A DNA stretch of 64,000 nt from Vulcanimicrobiota bacterium (lineage in GTDB: Bacteria; Vulcanimicrobiota; Vulcanimicrobiia; Vulcanimicrobiales; Vulcanimicrobiaceae). Both the position numbers and the translations under genes were made by a program. The DNA lies in contig CAWCIZ010000002.1 of assembly GCA_963795855.1 (NCBI GenBank), positions 1 through 64,000 of the forward strand, read 5' to 3'. Below the pieces are notes generated by a model. That model searched no databases. It was not told the origin of the DNA and saw only the letters and a program-made list of their open reading frames with translations. Below, piece by piece: positions 20,319 to 33,047 of the stretch; the first letter of the stretch is position 1, and each line of letters opens with the position of its first letter.

Positions 20319-21611
20319 ATGCTCGCCGTGCGCATTCGAGCCGTTGCATTGGTCGTCGGGATTCTGTGTACGGCGCTCGGAGCCGGCGCTCTCGTACGTG
20401 CGGCGACGGTCGCGGTGAATGCGCCGGGCGACTGGACGCAATTCCGTCTGCAAAATACGAATAACGCTGCGCTTTCCGGAACGCTGAAAACAGCGTGGAG
20501 CAAGAACACCGGCGGCGGTTTCTCGTCGTCGCCGACACTCGCCGGCGACGTTTTGTACGTCGGCGACAACAACGGATTGCTGAGTGCGATCGATCCGCAA
20601 ACCGGCCGCACGCTCTGGAGTTATCGCGTCTCCAACCCAATCATGTCGGCGCCGATCGTCTACGGAAACGCAGTCATCGTCGGCGAGGGAGACGAAAATA
20701 GCGCGCAAGGTTCTTCACCGTCGCATCCGATTCGCGTCGGTAAGCCGCCGAGCGCGCTGCTCGCATTCAACCGCCGAACCGGTTCGCTGCTCTGGAAAAT
20801 TCCTCTGCGCGGCAGCGGTATGCCGACACCCGCGGTGATCGGCGGCGTGCTCGTGCATCACAACGGCGCCGGATATGTGTTGGGCGTCGTTCCCGCGAGC
20901 GGCCGCGTACTTTACGATCGCAATCTGCATTCGATCGCTTCGATGGTCGGCGCGCTGCCGATGCCCGGCGGGCGGTTCGTAACGACGGGCGTAGACGCAA
21001 ACGCGGTATGGATGCTCAGCGCGAAAGATGGCTCGGTCGTCTGGAAATCGCCGCTCTCGCCGATGGCGTCGGGCATCGGCGATTGTCCACCGGTTACCGA
21101 CGGCTCGCGGATCTACTGCAACTACGTAATGCCGCCGACCACTGCAACGCCCGTGCAGACGGAACGTTCGGCGCGCTTCCGCGCGTATGCAATCGACGCG
21201 AAAACCGGGCGCAAAGTGTGGGACGTCGAACTCGAGCGCGGCATCTTACCTAAGCGCAACGAGGCGGCGATCCCGCTGCTCGCGGACGGCATGCTGTACA
21301 TGGGAAGTTCGCTTTCCTCGACGATGCACGCGATCGATGCGCGAACGGGCGCGGTCAAATGGCGCATCACCACGCATGGTCCAGTCAAAGGGGGAATCGT
21401 CGACGTCGCCGGAACGCTCTATTTCGGCGATCTCGGCGGATACTTATGGGCGGCGAACGCGGCAAACGGCGCCGTCGTCGGCGTGAAAAACATGCACTCC
21501 GCGTTCAACGTCGGATCGCCAATCGTTGCCGGTCAGACGCTGATCATCGGCAGCAGGGGCGGAACGATTCTCGCATTGCCCATTTCGAGCATTCGCTCCG
21601 CGCACGACTGA
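20319..21611 (+). CDS. Exported PQQ-binding-like beta-propeller protein
   Basis: Signal peptide; repeated AIDxxTGxxxW motifs. Confidence 0.85.
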   Translation: MLAVRIRAVALVVGILCTALGAGALVRAATVAVNAPGDWTQFRLQNTNNAALSGTLKTAWSKNTGGGFSSSPTLAGDVLYVGDNNGLLSAIDPQTGRTLWSYRVSNPIMSAPIVYGNAVIVGEGDENSAQGSSPSHPIRVGKPPSALLAFNRRTGSLLWKIPLRGSGMPTPAVIGGVLVHHNGAGYVLGVVPASGRVLYDRNLHSIASMVGALPMPGGRFVTTGVDANAVWMLSAKDGSVVWKSPLSPMASGIGDCPPVTDGSRIYCNYVMPPTTATPVQTERSARFRAYAIDAKTGRKVWDVELERGILPKRNEAAIPLLADGMLYMGSSLSSTMHAIDARTGAVKWRITTHGPVKGGIVDVAGTLYFGDLGGYLWAANAANGAVVGVKNMHSAFNVGSPIVAGQTLIIGSRGGTILALPISSIRSAHD

Positions 21612-21627
21612 AGCGCGGGGAGGCTCG

Positions 21628-22980
21628 CTAAAAATCCGTGTCGGGCGGACCGTCGTCCGGCATATCTTCGAAAAAGGCCGCTTGCCGAAGCGCGGCGATA
21701 CGTTTGAACGGCGGCGGCTGCTGTGTGAAATCGAAGCAGTCGCGCAGCGCGTCTGAGCGCTCGTCGGTCGTATGCAGCGACGGCAGGTCGAATACGGTTT
21801 CCTCGAACTTCACGATACTGCCGAACTCGTGCTGCACGTGCGAGACGTAATGCCGCTTGGCCCATGGTGAAATCACGATCATCGGAACGCGAAAGCCCAG
21901 GCCCATGCGATCGAGTTGCGGCGGCGTGACATGGTCGTACCATCCGCCCCAATCGTCCCAAACGACGATAATCGCGGTCGTGTTCCACAGCGGGCTGCGG
22001 CCGATCGTATTGACGATGGATGAAACCCATTCCGGACCGTACACCGCGCCCTCGATGCCCAAATCGCGCGGGCTCCGCTGCGCGGGAAACGGATGATCCG
22101 AATTGCGTGCGGTCGGCACGACCCACGTAATGTTCGCCAAGTCGCCGCGGCGCGCATCGCGCAGCACTTCCGTTTCGGGCGAAACCACATTTCCCCAGTA
22201 CGGCGAATACCGAATATGCCGTATGGCATCGAAGGCCGACCAGATATTGCCGAGCTCGTCCAAACCGGGAGCGTAGTAGCGCCACGTGACGCCGAGGGGC
22301 ATCGCGATATCTGCCAGCGTTTCGAAGTTGTAGCACGGCCACGGCCCCGGCACTTCCTCGCCGTTCGGCGCGATCATCGTCACGCGCGCCGTGAGCGGCG
22401 AGTCGCAGCCCCATGCAAAACGCGTCGTCTCCATTTCGTTCGGATTGTTTGCAGCGAATTCGGATTGGCCGGAAATCAAGTACAGGTGCGCCGGAAAGGT
22501 AGGACCCGTATTCGATTGAAACATTCGATCTGCAAACGTGTACTGCTCGCCCATTTCGAAGTACGGCTGCACCTCGGACTGCGGGACGTACGCGTAAGGG
22601 AAATCGGGGTCTTGACGCGGCAGCGTATCGACGCGATCCCAACCGTCCATTGCTCCGTTGTCGTATTCCTGCACGAACGCTTTGTGCTGGTGATCGACGT
22701 CGGCGCCGTATGCTAGACTCACCGGATGCAGTTTCACGGGGCCCGTGTGCGATTGGCCGTAGTTCGCCGTATCCGCACCGGGAAATCCGTGAAATAAATT
22801 GTCGACGCTGCGGTTTTCCTGAATCACCACGACGACGTGTTTGATGTGCGCGCGCAGCTGCGTGACATACTCCAGTTCCGCGCGCCGCTTGATGTTGATC
22901 GGTTTGGCGAGACCTTGTCCGCACATCGACAAGACGCAGGCGAGGGCCAGGGCGCTTGTGAAAAACCGTCCGCGATTCAT
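21628..22980 (-). CDS. Phosphoesterase / phospholipase C family exported enzyme
   Basis: [45 protein letters not shown]. Confidence 0.9.
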   Translation of the reverse strand: MNRGRFFTSALALACVLSMCGQGLAKPINIKRRAELEYVTQLRAHIKHVVVVIQENRSVDNLFHGFPGADTANYGQSHTGPVKLHPVSLAYGADVDHQHKAFVQEYDNGAMDGWDRVDTLPRQDPDFPYAYVPQSEVQPYFEMGEQYTFADRMFQSNTGPTFPAHLYLISGQSEFAANNPNEMETTRFAWGCDSPLTARVTMIAPNGEEVPGPWPCYNFETLADIAMPLGVTWRYYAPGLDELGNIWSAFDAIRHIRYSPYWGNVVSPETEVLRDARRGDLANITWVVPTARNSDHPFPAQRSPRDLGIEGAVYGPEWVSSIVNTIGRSPLWNTTAIIVVWDDWGGWYDHVTPPQLDRMGLGFRVPMIVISPWAKRHYVSHVQHEFGSIVKFEETVFDLPSLHTTDERSDALRDCFDFTQQPPPFKRIAALRQAAFFEDMPDDGPPDTDF

Positions 22981-23831
22981 CCAGTGGAGTGTACCCGCCG
23001 ACGTTCCGATCGCTCCTTCAAGGCTTTCGTGAAGTCGGCGCCGACGAGCAGCACCGACGCGGAAAAATACAGCCAGATCAAGATCGCAGCGAGAGCGCCC
23101 GCGTCCGCGTACGGCGAGCGGCCGTCCATTTGGCCGAGATAGACTGAAAGTGCGAATTGTCCCCGCTCGTAAAGCACCGCACTCACGAACGATCCAATCC
23201 AGACTTTTCGCCACGGAATGTCGACCGGCGGCAAGTACGCGAAGATGAACAAGAACACAAATGTGAGCACGACGATCGTCACGCCGATGACGAGTGCCTG
23301 ATACAACAGGCCTTGCGCGAGATTCAAGCGGTGCGTGTGCGCGGTCAGCGCGTGCACTGCCGCGCCGGCAAACAGCAGCACGACGAGCACGAACGAAAGC
23401 CCGTAGATCGCCGCGAACTGCGGGGCGTGGCGTTTCACGTCCTTGCCGGCTTGACGCTGATCCCAGACGACGTTTAACGCTTGCTGCAGCTGAAACGCCG
23501 TAGCGGCAATCGCTCCCACGAAAATGACGATGCCGGCAGCGAGCGCGATCCATGCATCGTGCGCGGACGTCGCGGCGTGCACGACTTGCTCGAGCATTTG
23601 TGCGTTGTGCTGTCCCGCGATGTGTCCCGTCTGGCCGCGCGTTTGCGCCCCGGCCGAGCCGTGGCTCAAAATCTTCGCCGCGGCATAGACGGCAACCAAG
23701 CCGAGACCGGCTAACGCAAGCGCGCCGTAAAACGCGAGGGAAGCGGCCATCTCCGCCGACCGATGGCGGTTCCACTGGCCGAAGGTGCGTTTGACGAGAT
23801 CCCACAGCGTGCGGGCAACGGAGCGGAGCAT
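22977..23831 (-). CDS. YihY/BrkB membrane protein
   Basis: [31 protein letters not shown]. Confidence 0.88.
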   Translation of the reverse strand: MLRSVARTLWDLVKRTFGQWNRHRSAEMAASLAFYGALALAGLGLVAVYAAAKILSHGSAGAQTRGQTGHIAGQHNAQMLEQVVHAATSAHDAWIALAAGIVIFVGAIAATAFQLQQALNVVWDQRQAGKDVKRHAPQFAAIYGLSFVLVVLLFAGAAVHALTAHTHRLNLAQGLLYQALVIGVTIVVLTFVFLFIFAYLPPVDIPWRKVWIGSFVSAVLYERGQFALSVYLGQMDGRSPYADAGALAAILIWLYFSASVLLVGADFTKALKERSERRRVHSTG

Positions 23832-23906
23832 ACCGGCTCTATTCCCGAAACGCGCGGCGCCCCGGAGAAGATCCGGGGCGCCCGAGCGAGATCGTTCGAA
23901 AAACGC

Positions 23907-24980
23907 TTAGCCTCGATACCGCAGGAACGCCGGAACGTCGATGTCCTCCATGTTCAGCGGCGCCACCGCTTCGATCTTCGAGTCGGCGAAATTGAAGCCG
24001 CTGTTGGCGCGCGCGTAGCTGCGCGACTGTCCGAACCCGGCCGCCAACACCGTCACGCGCACCTTGCCGGACATCGTCGGATCGATGCTCGCACCGAAGA
24101 TGATCTGCGCGTCGTTGTCTACGGCTCTGCTGATCATTTCCGCCGCTTCGTTTACTTCGTACATTGCCATGTCCGTGCCGCCGGTAATGTTGAAGATCAC
24201 GCCGCGCGCGCCTTCGATCGTCGTCTCCAAGAGCGGCGAGGCGATCGCCTTTTGCGCGGCGTCCGCAGCGCGATGCTCGCCGGAGCCCTCGCCGATGCCC
24301 ATCATCGCGCTTCCGGCGTCCGTCATGATCGTTTTCACGTCGGCGAAATCGAGATTGATAAGACCGGGCTGCGTGATGAGGTCGGAAATACCCTGAATGC
24401 CTTGGCGCAGCACGTCGTCGGCATACGAAAACGCTTCGTTGAGCGGCGTGCGCTTCTCGATGACTTGCAGTATGCGCTCGTTCGGAATCGTGATCAGCGT
24501 GTCGACCTTGGCCTCGAGCTCCGCAATGCCTTGCTCGGCGGCCTGCATGCGCTTGCGCCCTTCGAAAGCAAACGGTTTCGTGACGACCGCGATCGTGAGC
24601 GCGCCGGTTTCGCGCGCGATTTCCGCGATCACCGGCCCTGCGCCGGTTCCAGTGCCGCCGCCCATGCCTGCGGTGATGAAGACGAGGTCTGCGCCGTCGA
24701 TGATCATCGCGAGATCTTCGCGCGAATCTTCGGCGGCTTCACGCGCGAGCGTCGGGTTCGCACCGGCGCCGAGGCCTCGCGTGAGGTTGCTTCCGATTTG
24801 CACGGTATTCTCGGTGAGCGCGTTGCGCAGCGCTTGCACATCCGAGTTCACCGCAAAAAACTCGACGCCGGACAAACCGGATTCGACCATGCGGTTTACG
24901 GCATTGCAACCGCCGCCGCCCACACCAATCACTTTGATCGTTGCGGCGTGTTCCGGGACGTAGCGCTTCGCATCAGCCAT
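23907..24980 (-). CDS. ftsZ: Cell division protein FtsZ
   Basis: [31 protein letters not shown]-terminal DVPAFLR. Confidence 0.98.
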   Translation of the reverse strand: MADAKRYVPEHAATIKVIGVGGGGCNAVNRMVESGLSGVEFFAVNSDVQALRNALTENTVQIGSNLTRGLGAGANPTLAREAAEDSREDLAMIIDGADLVFITAGMGGGTGTGAGPVIAEIARETGALTIAVVTKPFAFEGRKRMQAAEQGIAELEAKVDTLITIPNERILQVIEKRTPLNEAFSYADDVLRQGIQGISDLITQPGLINLDFADVKTIMTDAGSAMMGIGEGSGEHRAADAAQKAIASPLLETTIEGARGVIFNITGGTDMAMYEVNEAAEMISRAVDNDAQIIFGASIDPTMSGKVRVTVLAAGFGQSRSYARANSGFNFADSKIEAVAPLNMEDIDVPAFLRYRG

Positions 24981-25027
24981 GGTTAGGGTTTCCTCCGTAA
25001 AAAGTGAAGGTTGCGAGGGTTGCTCTT

Positions 25028-26245
25028 CTAGTTCCACAAGTCGCCGAGCCAAGCGCGCAGCTTCGTGAAGATCGAAGGCACGCGCTTGACGTATTCGTGA
25101 TGGTCGACGCCGCCGTTCGGGCCGAACAGCACGAGACCGATTGCGGTTGCGTATTCCGGTTGTTTGAGCGCATCGGTCAGACCCGCGACGGCGCTCGGCA
25201 AACCGAGGCGCACGGGCAGCCCGAACACGTCTTCCGCGAGGGGTTCGATGCCGCGCAGATGCGCGCCGCCGCCGGTGACGACGACTTCGCCCAGAACCAG
25301 ATCGCGCGGCACGTTTTCGACGATCTTCTGCTTGGCCATACGGAACGTTTCGATGACTCGCGGCACGACGATTTGGCGAAGTTGCGCGTTCGTCGCGTCC
25401 TTCGTGCCGCGCCCGTCGAGCGTTTTCACCGGAAAGGTTTGGGTTGCGTCGCCGTCGGCGCCGCCCGCGCCGTACGCCCGTTTGATCTGTTCCGCTTCCG
25501 CGCTCGTCGTCTTCAATCCCAGCGAAATGTCGTTCGTGAGGATGTTGCCGCCGACCGGAATCGTCGACGTGTAAATTGCACCGCCGTTGGAATAAACCGC
25601 GATGTCGGTAGTGCCGCCGCCGATGTCCAGCAGCACCACGCCGACTTGCTTTTCTTCCACGAGGAGCGTCGCCGCGGAACTTGCGAGCGGCTCGAACACA
25701 AGGCCGGCACTCTCGAGACCCGCCCGGTGCACGCATTTGAGGACGTTCGTGATGAACGACGTCCCGCCCGTGATGATGTGCGTGTCGACTTCGAGCCGGC
25801 CGCCCGCCATACCGACGGGATCTTCGACGCCGTCTTGTCCGTCGACCGTAAAATACCGGGGCAGCGCGTGAATGATCTGCCGGTCCGCCGGGAGATTGAT
25901 GATCTTGCTTGCATCGATGACGCGACGAACGTCGCTCAGCCCGACTTCCCGATCGTCACTTTGCACGGCGACGACGGCGCGATTGTTCGTGCTGCGAATA
26001 TGTTCGCCGGTGATCGCCACGAACACGTCCTGAATGTGCACGCCCGCCATGCGTTCCGCTTTTTCGGTCGCCGCCTCGATCGCTTTGATCGTTTCTTCCA
26101 AATCGGTCACGACGCCCTTGCGCATGCCGAGGGACGGTGCTTCCCCGTAACCGATGATTTCGAGGCCGCTCGGACCGTCCGCAGCGACGATGGCGCAGGT
26201 CTTCGTCGTGCCGATGTCCAGGCCGGCGACGGTCTCTTGCTTCAT
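25028..26245 (-). CDS. ftsA: Cell division protein FtsA
   Basis: [31 protein letters not shown]-terminal amphipathic helix. Confidence 0.97.
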   Translation of the reverse strand: MKQETVAGLDIGTTKTCAIVAADGPSGLEIIGYGEAPSLGMRKGVVTDLEETIKAIEAATEKAERMAGVHIQDVFVAITGEHIRSTNNRAVVAVQSDDREVGLSDVRRVIDASKIINLPADRQIIHALPRYFTVDGQDGVEDPVGMAGGRLEVDTHIITGGTSFITNVLKCVHRAGLESAGLVFEPLASSAATLLVEEKQVGVVLLDIGGGTTDIAVYSNGGAIYTSTIPVGGNILTNDISLGLKTTSAEAEQIKRAYGAGGADGDATQTFPVKTLDGRGTKDATNAQLRQIVVPRVIETFRMAKQKIVENVPRDLVLGEVVVTGGGAHLRGIEPLAEDVFGLPVRLGLPSAVAGLTDALKQPEYATAIGLVLFGPNGGVDHHEYVKRVPSIFTKLRAWLGDLWN

Positions 26246-26491
26246 TCGCAACCGCGCTGCGCCGAACCGCGCCTTCTTTTTACTGCCGACATGTCCGCTC
26301 CCGAATGCGCCGTGTTCCCCAATATATAGTATATGGCTCAGCAAAACCCTACTACGGATAGCGGGTCTTGGCAAAGATATGCCATGGTTATGTGGGCGCC
26401 GCATCTCTCCTTGCGAGCAACCTGTGGGCAAGCGCGAATCGTCGCCGGCCATACTCAAACTTTTGGCCCATGCGCCGACATAAAACCTGAT

Positions 26492-28573
26492 ATGGTTCAA
26501 AAGCGCACGAGCCTCGAACGCGGGCTTACTTCTGCCTTTCTCATCGTCATCGCCATCGTGGCGATTTCCATACCGGTGACCGTCTGGGCGATGAACGGGA
26601 TCACGACGCAAGCGCAAGTCTTGCACGACACGATCATCCGAGGCGAACTCGCGTACGTCAAAGTGGCATCGGACGCCGACACGCTGCGCGCGGCCTCCAT
26701 CGACGCCGCGACCAATCCCAATGCGGCAAAAGCGCTCGCGTCGCTCGGAAAAGCAAAGGCGATGGTTGCGCAGTTTCCGGAAGACGCGCGCAAGATGGGC
26801 GGTATGACCGGCGCAGATCCCGCAGTGAAACCGCTTGTGGAACGATTCGTCGGCAAGAAAAGCTCGGACGGAACGGTGAGCGGCGGAAGCGCAAGCACGT
26901 ATGATTTTCAGGCGCTTGCGGCCGTTGGGCTACTCGCCCAAGGCAAGAAAGCGGAAGCGCTCAAACAGGTTCAAGGCGTGGCATCCGCGGCGTTCGATCG
27001 GCAGGCCGCCGATGGCGAGGCTCTTCTCACGTCGCTGAAAACGAATTCGGATCTGCGTTTCGGCGCGCTGCTGCGCGCGCGTAATTTTGCGCTCGCGCTC
27101 TCACTCGCCGCCGCGCTGCTCGCGGCGCTGGTCGCGTTTTTAGCGATGGCCTGGTTTCGGCGCAGCATGGACGCGGGTCTCGGCCGTTGTTTGGACGTGT
27201 TCGAAGCGATGGGCCGCGGCGATCTCACCGCACGCGTCGGCTGGCAAGGCCGGGATTTGCTTGGGCGTCTGGGTTTCGCGGTCGATCAGCTCGGCGAACG
27301 CCTCTCGCAGATCATTTCCACGATTCAGCACGCCGTGCTTACGGTGCAGAGCGCGAGTTCCCACACGAACGACACGGCGCGTCAAGTCGAAGCCCGGGTC
27401 GCCGAAGAACTCGCGACGCTCGCGCGCGCTGCGGAGTTTTCCGTCTCGGTGCGCGGGACCGCGGGGACCGTCGCGGATAACGCGGAGCAAGTGGCGCGCC
27501 GCGTCACCGATATTTCCAGCGCGGTCGCGCAGATGACGGCGTCCATTCAAGAGATGGATCAAAACCTGCTGAATTTGGCCACGGTCGTCGAACAAGCCGT
27601 TACGAACACGCAAGAAATGTCCGCTTCCATCGTGCAGGTCGCCGGCAACGCCGAGCGCGTGCGTCAGGAATCCACCAGCACCGATAAGCAGGTTCGAGAA
27701 GGCCGCAATGAAGTCACGGAGCTCTCCAAAGGCATGTCGAGCATCAGCGACACCGTCGCCGACGTCGTAGCCGAAATGCAGAGCCTCGACCAAGCTTCGC
27801 GTCAAATCGGCGAAATTCTCGGCTTAATCGAAGAGATCGCCGACCAAACGAATCTGCTCGCGCTCAACGCCGCGATCGAAGCGGCGCGCGCCGGCGAACA
27901 TGGCCGCGGCTTTGCCGTCGTCGCCGACGAAGTCCGCAAACTCGCAGAGAATTCTGCCAGTTCGACCAAGCAGATCGGCCAGCTCGTCGCCGATATTCAA
28001 CGCCGTACCACTGCGGTGCTCGACCGAACGGCGCGCGCGAACAACTTGGTGCAAAACAACGCCGCGTCGGCGCGTACGGTCACCGAGATGATCGAAACGA
28101 TTAGCCGCCGCGTAACCGACATGGCGCAACTCGTCAGCGAGATCAGCATCGCTACCACCGAACAAGCCCGCGCGTCCGAAGAGCTGGCCAAGGCAAGCGA
28201 ACAAATGGGCGCGATGACGCACGAGGCGGCGGCAACGATGCGCGAACAGGCGATCACCTCGAATCAAATTCTCGAGAGCGTTTCCGAGATCGAAGCGCGC
28301 ACGGGGCAAGTCGCGCAGGCGTCCGGAGAACAGCAGAGCGCCATCGAGTCGCTCGGCCAGACCATCGGCCGCACCTCGGAACTGGGCCGCGCCAACGCCG
28401 GAGCGGTCACCGAAGTCGCGGGACAGACGGCGGAAGTGCTCTCCGAGGCCTCGTCGCTTCACGAACTCGTCGGTCAATTCCAAGTCGGTGCGAACGGCCA
28501 CGCCGCGCTGGCCGACCGCGAAAAGCCCAGCCAGGCACTAGAAGACCAAGGGTCTCTTGCGCTATCATCTTAG
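26492..28573 (+). CDS. Methyl-accepting chemotaxis protein
   Basis: TM-periplasmic-[44 protein letters not shown]. Confidence 0.95.
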   Translation: MVQKRTSLERGLTSAFLIVIAIVAISIPVTVWAMNGITTQAQVLHDTIIRGELAYVKVASDADTLRAASIDAATNPNAAKALASLGKAKAMVAQFPEDARKMGGMTGADPAVKPLVERFVGKKSSDGTVSGGSASTYDFQALAAVGLLAQGKKAEALKQVQGVASAAFDRQAADGEALLTSLKTNSDLRFGALLRARNFALALSLAAALLAALVAFLAMAWFRRSMDAGLGRCLDVFEAMGRGDLTARVGWQGRDLLGRLGFAVDQLGERLSQIISTIQHAVLTVQSASSHTNDTARQVEARVAEELATLARAAEFSVSVRGTAGTVADNAEQVARRVTDISSAVAQMTASIQEMDQNLLNLATVVEQAVTNTQEMSASIVQVAGNAERVRQESTSTDKQVREGRNEVTELSKGMSSISDTVADVVAEMQSLDQASRQIGEILGLIEEIADQTNLLALNAAIEAARAGEHGRGFAVVADEVRKLAENSASSTKQIGQLVADIQRRTTAVLDRTARANNLVQNNAASARTVTEMIETISRRVTDMAQLVSEISIATTEQARASEELAKASEQMGAMTHEAAATMREQAITSNQILESVSEIEARTGQVAQASGEQQSAIESLGQTIGRTSELGRANAGAVTEVAGQTAEVLSEASSLHELVGQFQVGANGHAALADREKPSQALEDQGSLALSS

Positions 28574-28641
28574 GCGTATAACTGGCACGGTGGAGTGCCG
28601 GTCTATTTACCGTCGACTTCGGCCCCCTGAACGGAGAAATC

Positions 28642-28929
28642 GTGCGTAAACTTCTGCCTCTGCTTGCACTCATTGCGGCGCTCGCCGCTCCGGCCGCAGC
28701 CGTGGCCGGTAATACGGTGGATCCTTCACTCATTCCCGACGGCACGTATACGGCGACCGTGGAAAAGGTCGTCGATTCCAAGCATATTCTGGTCAAACTC
28801 GATAACGGCATGGAAGCGAGCCTGACGACGAACCGGGGTAACGTAGACTTTTCGAAAGTCACGGCCAACGACCGCATCATGATGTCGCTCATCAAAGGCA
28901 TGGTCGCGGTGTACGCCAAGAAATCGTAG
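28642..28929 (+). CDS. Small exported hypothetical protein (OB-fold-like)
   Basis: GGAG RBS, signal peptide, beta-rich 95 aa. Confidence 0.75.
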   Translation: MRKLLPLLALIAALAAPAAAVAGNTVDPSLIPDGTYTATVEKVVDSKHILVKLDNGMEASLTTNRGNVDFSKVTANDRIMMSLIKGMVAVYAKKS

Positions 28930-28952
28930 CCCGGCTGCCGGCGCACAATTGA

Positions 28953-28985
28953 AAGCGGTCCCGCGCACGCGGGGCCGTTTTTTTT
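28953..28985 (+). terminator. Intrinsic terminator
   Basis: CGGTCCCGCG/CGCGGGGCCG stem followed by T8. Confidence 0.85.
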
Positions 28986-29024
28986 GCACGGAGGCGCGCC
29001 AGCTGACGCGCTGAACGTCTCGGC

Positions 29025-32000
29025 ATGAGCAGGACGTTCTATGTCATCCTCGCGCTTTTTGCGCTTTCAGCACTTCCGGCCGTGTCACGAGCTCAAACGC
29101 CGTACATCTTTCAAAACCCAACGCTCGGCCGAACGCAAATCGCGTTCGAGTGGGGCGGAGATATTTGGACGGTTTCGCGTTCCGGAGGACAAGCGCATCG
29201 CCTCGTCACCGGATTCAATCTGGAAGGCGCGCCGTATTTCTCTCCGGACGGCTCCCAGGTTGCGTTCACCGGCAACTACGACGGAAATGTCGATGTGTAC
29301 GTCGTGCCGTCGTCGGGCGGCGAGCCGCGAAGGCTCACGTATCATCCCGGCGCGGACGTCGCCGTCGGATGGACGCCGGATGGCCGCAGCGTGCTCTTTC
29401 GATCCGGGCGCGCGAGTCTACGCCGACGAGAACATGCTCTATACCGTTCCGTCGGGCGGCGGCTTTCCCAAGGCGTTGCCGCTTGCAATGGCGGAGGAGG
29501 GCTCGTATTCGTCCGACGGTTCGCACATCGCGTACGTGCCGACGGCGCAGTGGGAACCGCAGTGGCAGCACTACCGCGGCGGACAAACCACACCGATTTG
29601 GATAGCGGATCTCTGGAACTCGAGCGTCGTGAAGATTCCGCGCCCGAACTCGAACGACCGTAATCCGATGTGGGTCGGAAACACCATCTATTTCATTTCG
29701 GATCGCGACGGGCCGGCCACGCTGTACGCCTACGATCCGGCGGCGCGCTCCGTTCGCCGCGTCCTGAAAAACGACGGCTTCGACATACTCTCCGCAAACG
29801 CGGGACCGGGCGGCATCGTGTACGCGCAGCTCGGTTCGCTGCACGTGTATGACGGCGCGACCGGCGAGCAGCATCCCGTTTCCGTTTCGATGGCGGCCGA
29901 CATGCCGCAACTGCGCCCGCATTGGATGAAGGTCGGCGAGCACATCGAGAACGCCGCCATTTCGCCCAGCGGAGTGCGCGCAGTCTTCGAAGCGCACGGG
30001 GATATCTTCACCGTCCCCGCCGAACATGGGGACGTACGCAACGTCACGCAAACGCCGTCGATCGCCGATCGCGATCCGGCGTGGTCCCCGGACGGCCGTT
30101 GGATTGCGTATTTTTCAGATCGTTCCGGTGAATACGCCCTGCACGTCAAAGATCAACGCGGCGTTCTGCCGGCACGCGTCATACCTTTGCCGAATCCATC
30201 CTTCTTCTACACGCCGGTGTGGTCGCCGGACAGTAAAAACATCGCCTACAGCGACAAGCATGGAAATCTTTGGTATGTGAATGTCGAGCACCCGACTCCC
30301 GTGCACGTAACGACGGCGCCCTTCGAAACTTTTGGCGCGCAAACGTTCAACGCCTCATGGTCGCCGGACAGCCGCTGGATCGCGTACAACAACGAGCTTT
30401 CGAATTTCCTGAATGCGGTTTTCGTGTATTCGCTCGAAGATCGCCGCTCGACGCAAATTACGGACGGCATGAGCGACAGCCGCAATCCCGCCTTCGATAA
30501 GGACGGCAAGTACCTCTACTTTCTCGCGAGCACGAACACCGGGCTTACGTCGAGCGGGCTCGACATGACCAGCGATCAGCGCCCGACGAGCAGCAGCCTT
30601 TACGCTGCGGTGCTGCAAGATACGACGGCCACGCCCGTCAAGCCGGAAACTGGAGACGAACCGGTAGAAGACGAACCGGCGCCGGCCGCTTCGGCGAAAC
30701 CCATATCCGAGCATGCAGCCGCGCGCGCTCACGACGTTCGAATCGATTTCGGCGGAGTGCTGCAGCGTATCGTGGCGTTGCCGCTGCCGGAAGCCAATTA
30801 CGTCGATCTGCAAGCCGGTGCGGCAGGCGAGCTTTATCTCGTTCAAGCGCCGCTCACCACCGTCGACGAGGCTCCGCCGCGTTTGAGCGTCCTCAAATTC
30901 GACATGAAGTCACGCAAAGCCGTGCCGCTGGTGCAGGGCGTGAGTGCCTTTACACTCTCACACAACGGCAAGAAAATGCTGCTCGAGCAAAGCGGCCACT
31001 GGTCGATCGTCGCGACCGACGGGCCGCCCAAACCCGGCGAAGGGCAGATCGACACGGACGCGATGGAAGTCTTTTCGCAGCCGCGCGCGGAGTGGGCGCA
31101 AATGTATCGCGAAACGTGGCGTATCGAACGCGACTTCTTTTACGACAAGCATTACGGCGGTTTGAATCTTGCCCAAACCGAGCACCGGTTCGCGGAATTT
31201 CTTCCGGGCCTGGGCTCGCGCGACGATCTCGCAGTTCTCACGCGTGAAATGCTGAGCTGATCTTTCGACCGGACATATGTTTGTGAGGGGTGGAACGGAA
31301 CCGCCGATGCAGCGCGTCGACACCGGCTTGCTCGGCGCCGACTACACCATCGAGAACGGACGCTATCGATTCTCAAAGATCTACGACGGCGAGAACTGGA
31401 ATCCGCAACTGCAAGCACCCCTTACGCAGCCGGGCGCGACGGTTCACGAGGGCGACTATTTGCTCGCGGTCAACGGCCGGCCGCTGCACGCGGGCGATAA
31501 CATCTACGAGGCGTTCGAGGAAACCGCCGGCAAGCAAACGATCATCACCGTCGCAGGAGCCGCCGATGGAAAAGATGCGCGGGAAATCACGGTAACGCCG
31601 GTCCGGAGCGAATTCGCGCTTCGCAACTATGCTTGGATCGAACGGAACCGGCGTGAGGTCGATCGGCTGAGCGGCGGAAAGCTCGGGTACGTCTATTTAC
31701 CGGACACCGGGTACGGCGGCTTCACGAATTTCAACCGCTACTTCTTCTCGCAAGTCGACAAACAGGGCGTGATTCTCGACGAACGCTTCAATCACGGCGG
31801 TCAGGTCGCGGACTACATCATCGACATCCTTTCCCGCAAACCCATGAGCATGCTCGTTCCGCGCGACGGAAAGATCACGCTCGATCCGCCGCTCGCCATC
31901 TACGGACCGAAGGTGATGATCATCAATCAATACGCGGGTTCCGGCGGCGATGCGATGCCGTGGTACTTTCGTAAGGCGCACATCGGCCCGCTCGTAGGCG

Positions 32001-32293
32001 TTCGGACGTGGGGCGGTCTGGTCGGCATTGGCGGCTATCCGCCGCTCATCGACGGAGGCAGCGTCACGGCGCCGCGTATCGCGATCGGCGGCTTGAGCGG
32101 GCACTGGGAGGTCGAGGGACACGGTATTCCTCCCGATGTCGAAGTCTGGCAAGATCCGCGGCTCGTGCGTGACGGGCACGATCCGCAGCTGGAAGCGGCA
32201 GTGAACACGGCTATGCGCATGCTGCGCGAACACCCGCTGCCGCATTACACACCGCCGCCCTACCCGAACCATCACGAGAAGGTGCCGCGGTAG
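29025..32293 (+). CDS. Tricorn protease homolog (S41B), frameshifts near 29410 and 31260
   Basis: Signal peptide; PD40 WSPDG repeats; TGH; PDZ; DERFNHGG; catalytic AGSGGD; RTWGGLVG. Confidence 0.92.
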
Positions 32294-32303
32294 CGGCTAA
32301 AGT

Positions 32304-33047
32304 TCAGGGCTTGTAGACGACGACCGGCGTGCCGGGCGCTCGCAGATCCACTGCGGCGAGTTTCTTCCCGCTCGCGCTGACCTGCGAGATGATCGGATCG
32401 ATCAGGGGCGTCTTCTTCTGCAAGTCGGCGTCGTCACCGAGCAGCAGCGCGATGCCGCCGCGCGTCGACGCGACGAGATCGCCGAATTTGTCGTATCGCA
32501 GCGATTGCACCGCAACGTGGCCGCCAGCAAGCGCGTCGTAATCGTCCGCGAGACGCTCCGCTTGCGCGTCGCGCACGAATTGCCCCGTGCGCGGCATGCT
32601 CTTTGCTTTGACGGAGATGAGCGGTAAGTCCGACCCCCCGTCCGCATTTTGCAGTACCCGCAAGTCGCGATCGACGAGCACGTGCTGCGAATGTATTTCG
32701 AGCACCGCGAAGGGCCGGCGTTCCGTAATCGCGATCGTGACCGAAGCCGGAAGCGAGCGGTGCACGCGCGCGGTTTTGACGTACGGAATCGCTTCGATTC
32801 GTTCGGCTGCGCTGCCGGCGTTCTGCAGCCACACGTTTTCGTGTGGAACGATTTGCGCGCGCGAGAGAATTTCCGTTGCCGGAACCACGCGATTGCCGAC
32901 GACCGCAACGCGTCCGGGGTAGAATCCGGGCCATGTAGCGGCCCGGTATGCGCCGGCTGCCGCCGCGGCTATCACGACGACGAACAGCACCCAAAACGGA
33001 CGAAGCCGCGCGCCCGCCGATTTCTTTCTGCGCTTCCCGCCGCTCAT
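32304..33047 (-). CDS. ftsQ: FtsQ/DivIB cell division protein
   Basis: Basic N-tail, TM, POTRA (VVGN...IPYVKTARVHRSLP...ITER), C-terminal VDLR. Confidence 0.85.
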   Translation of the reverse strand: MSGGKRRKKSAGARLRPFWVLFVVVIAAAAAGAYRAATWPGFYPGRVAVVGNRVVPATEILSRAQIVPHENVWLQNAGSAAERIEAIPYVKTARVHRSLPASVTIAITERRPFAVLEIHSQHVLVDRDLRVLQNADGGSDLPLISVKAKSMPRTGQFVRDAQAERLADDYDALAGGHVAVQSLRYDKFGDLVASTRGGIALLLGDDADLQKKTPLIDPIISQVSASGKKLAAVDLRAPGTPVVVYKP

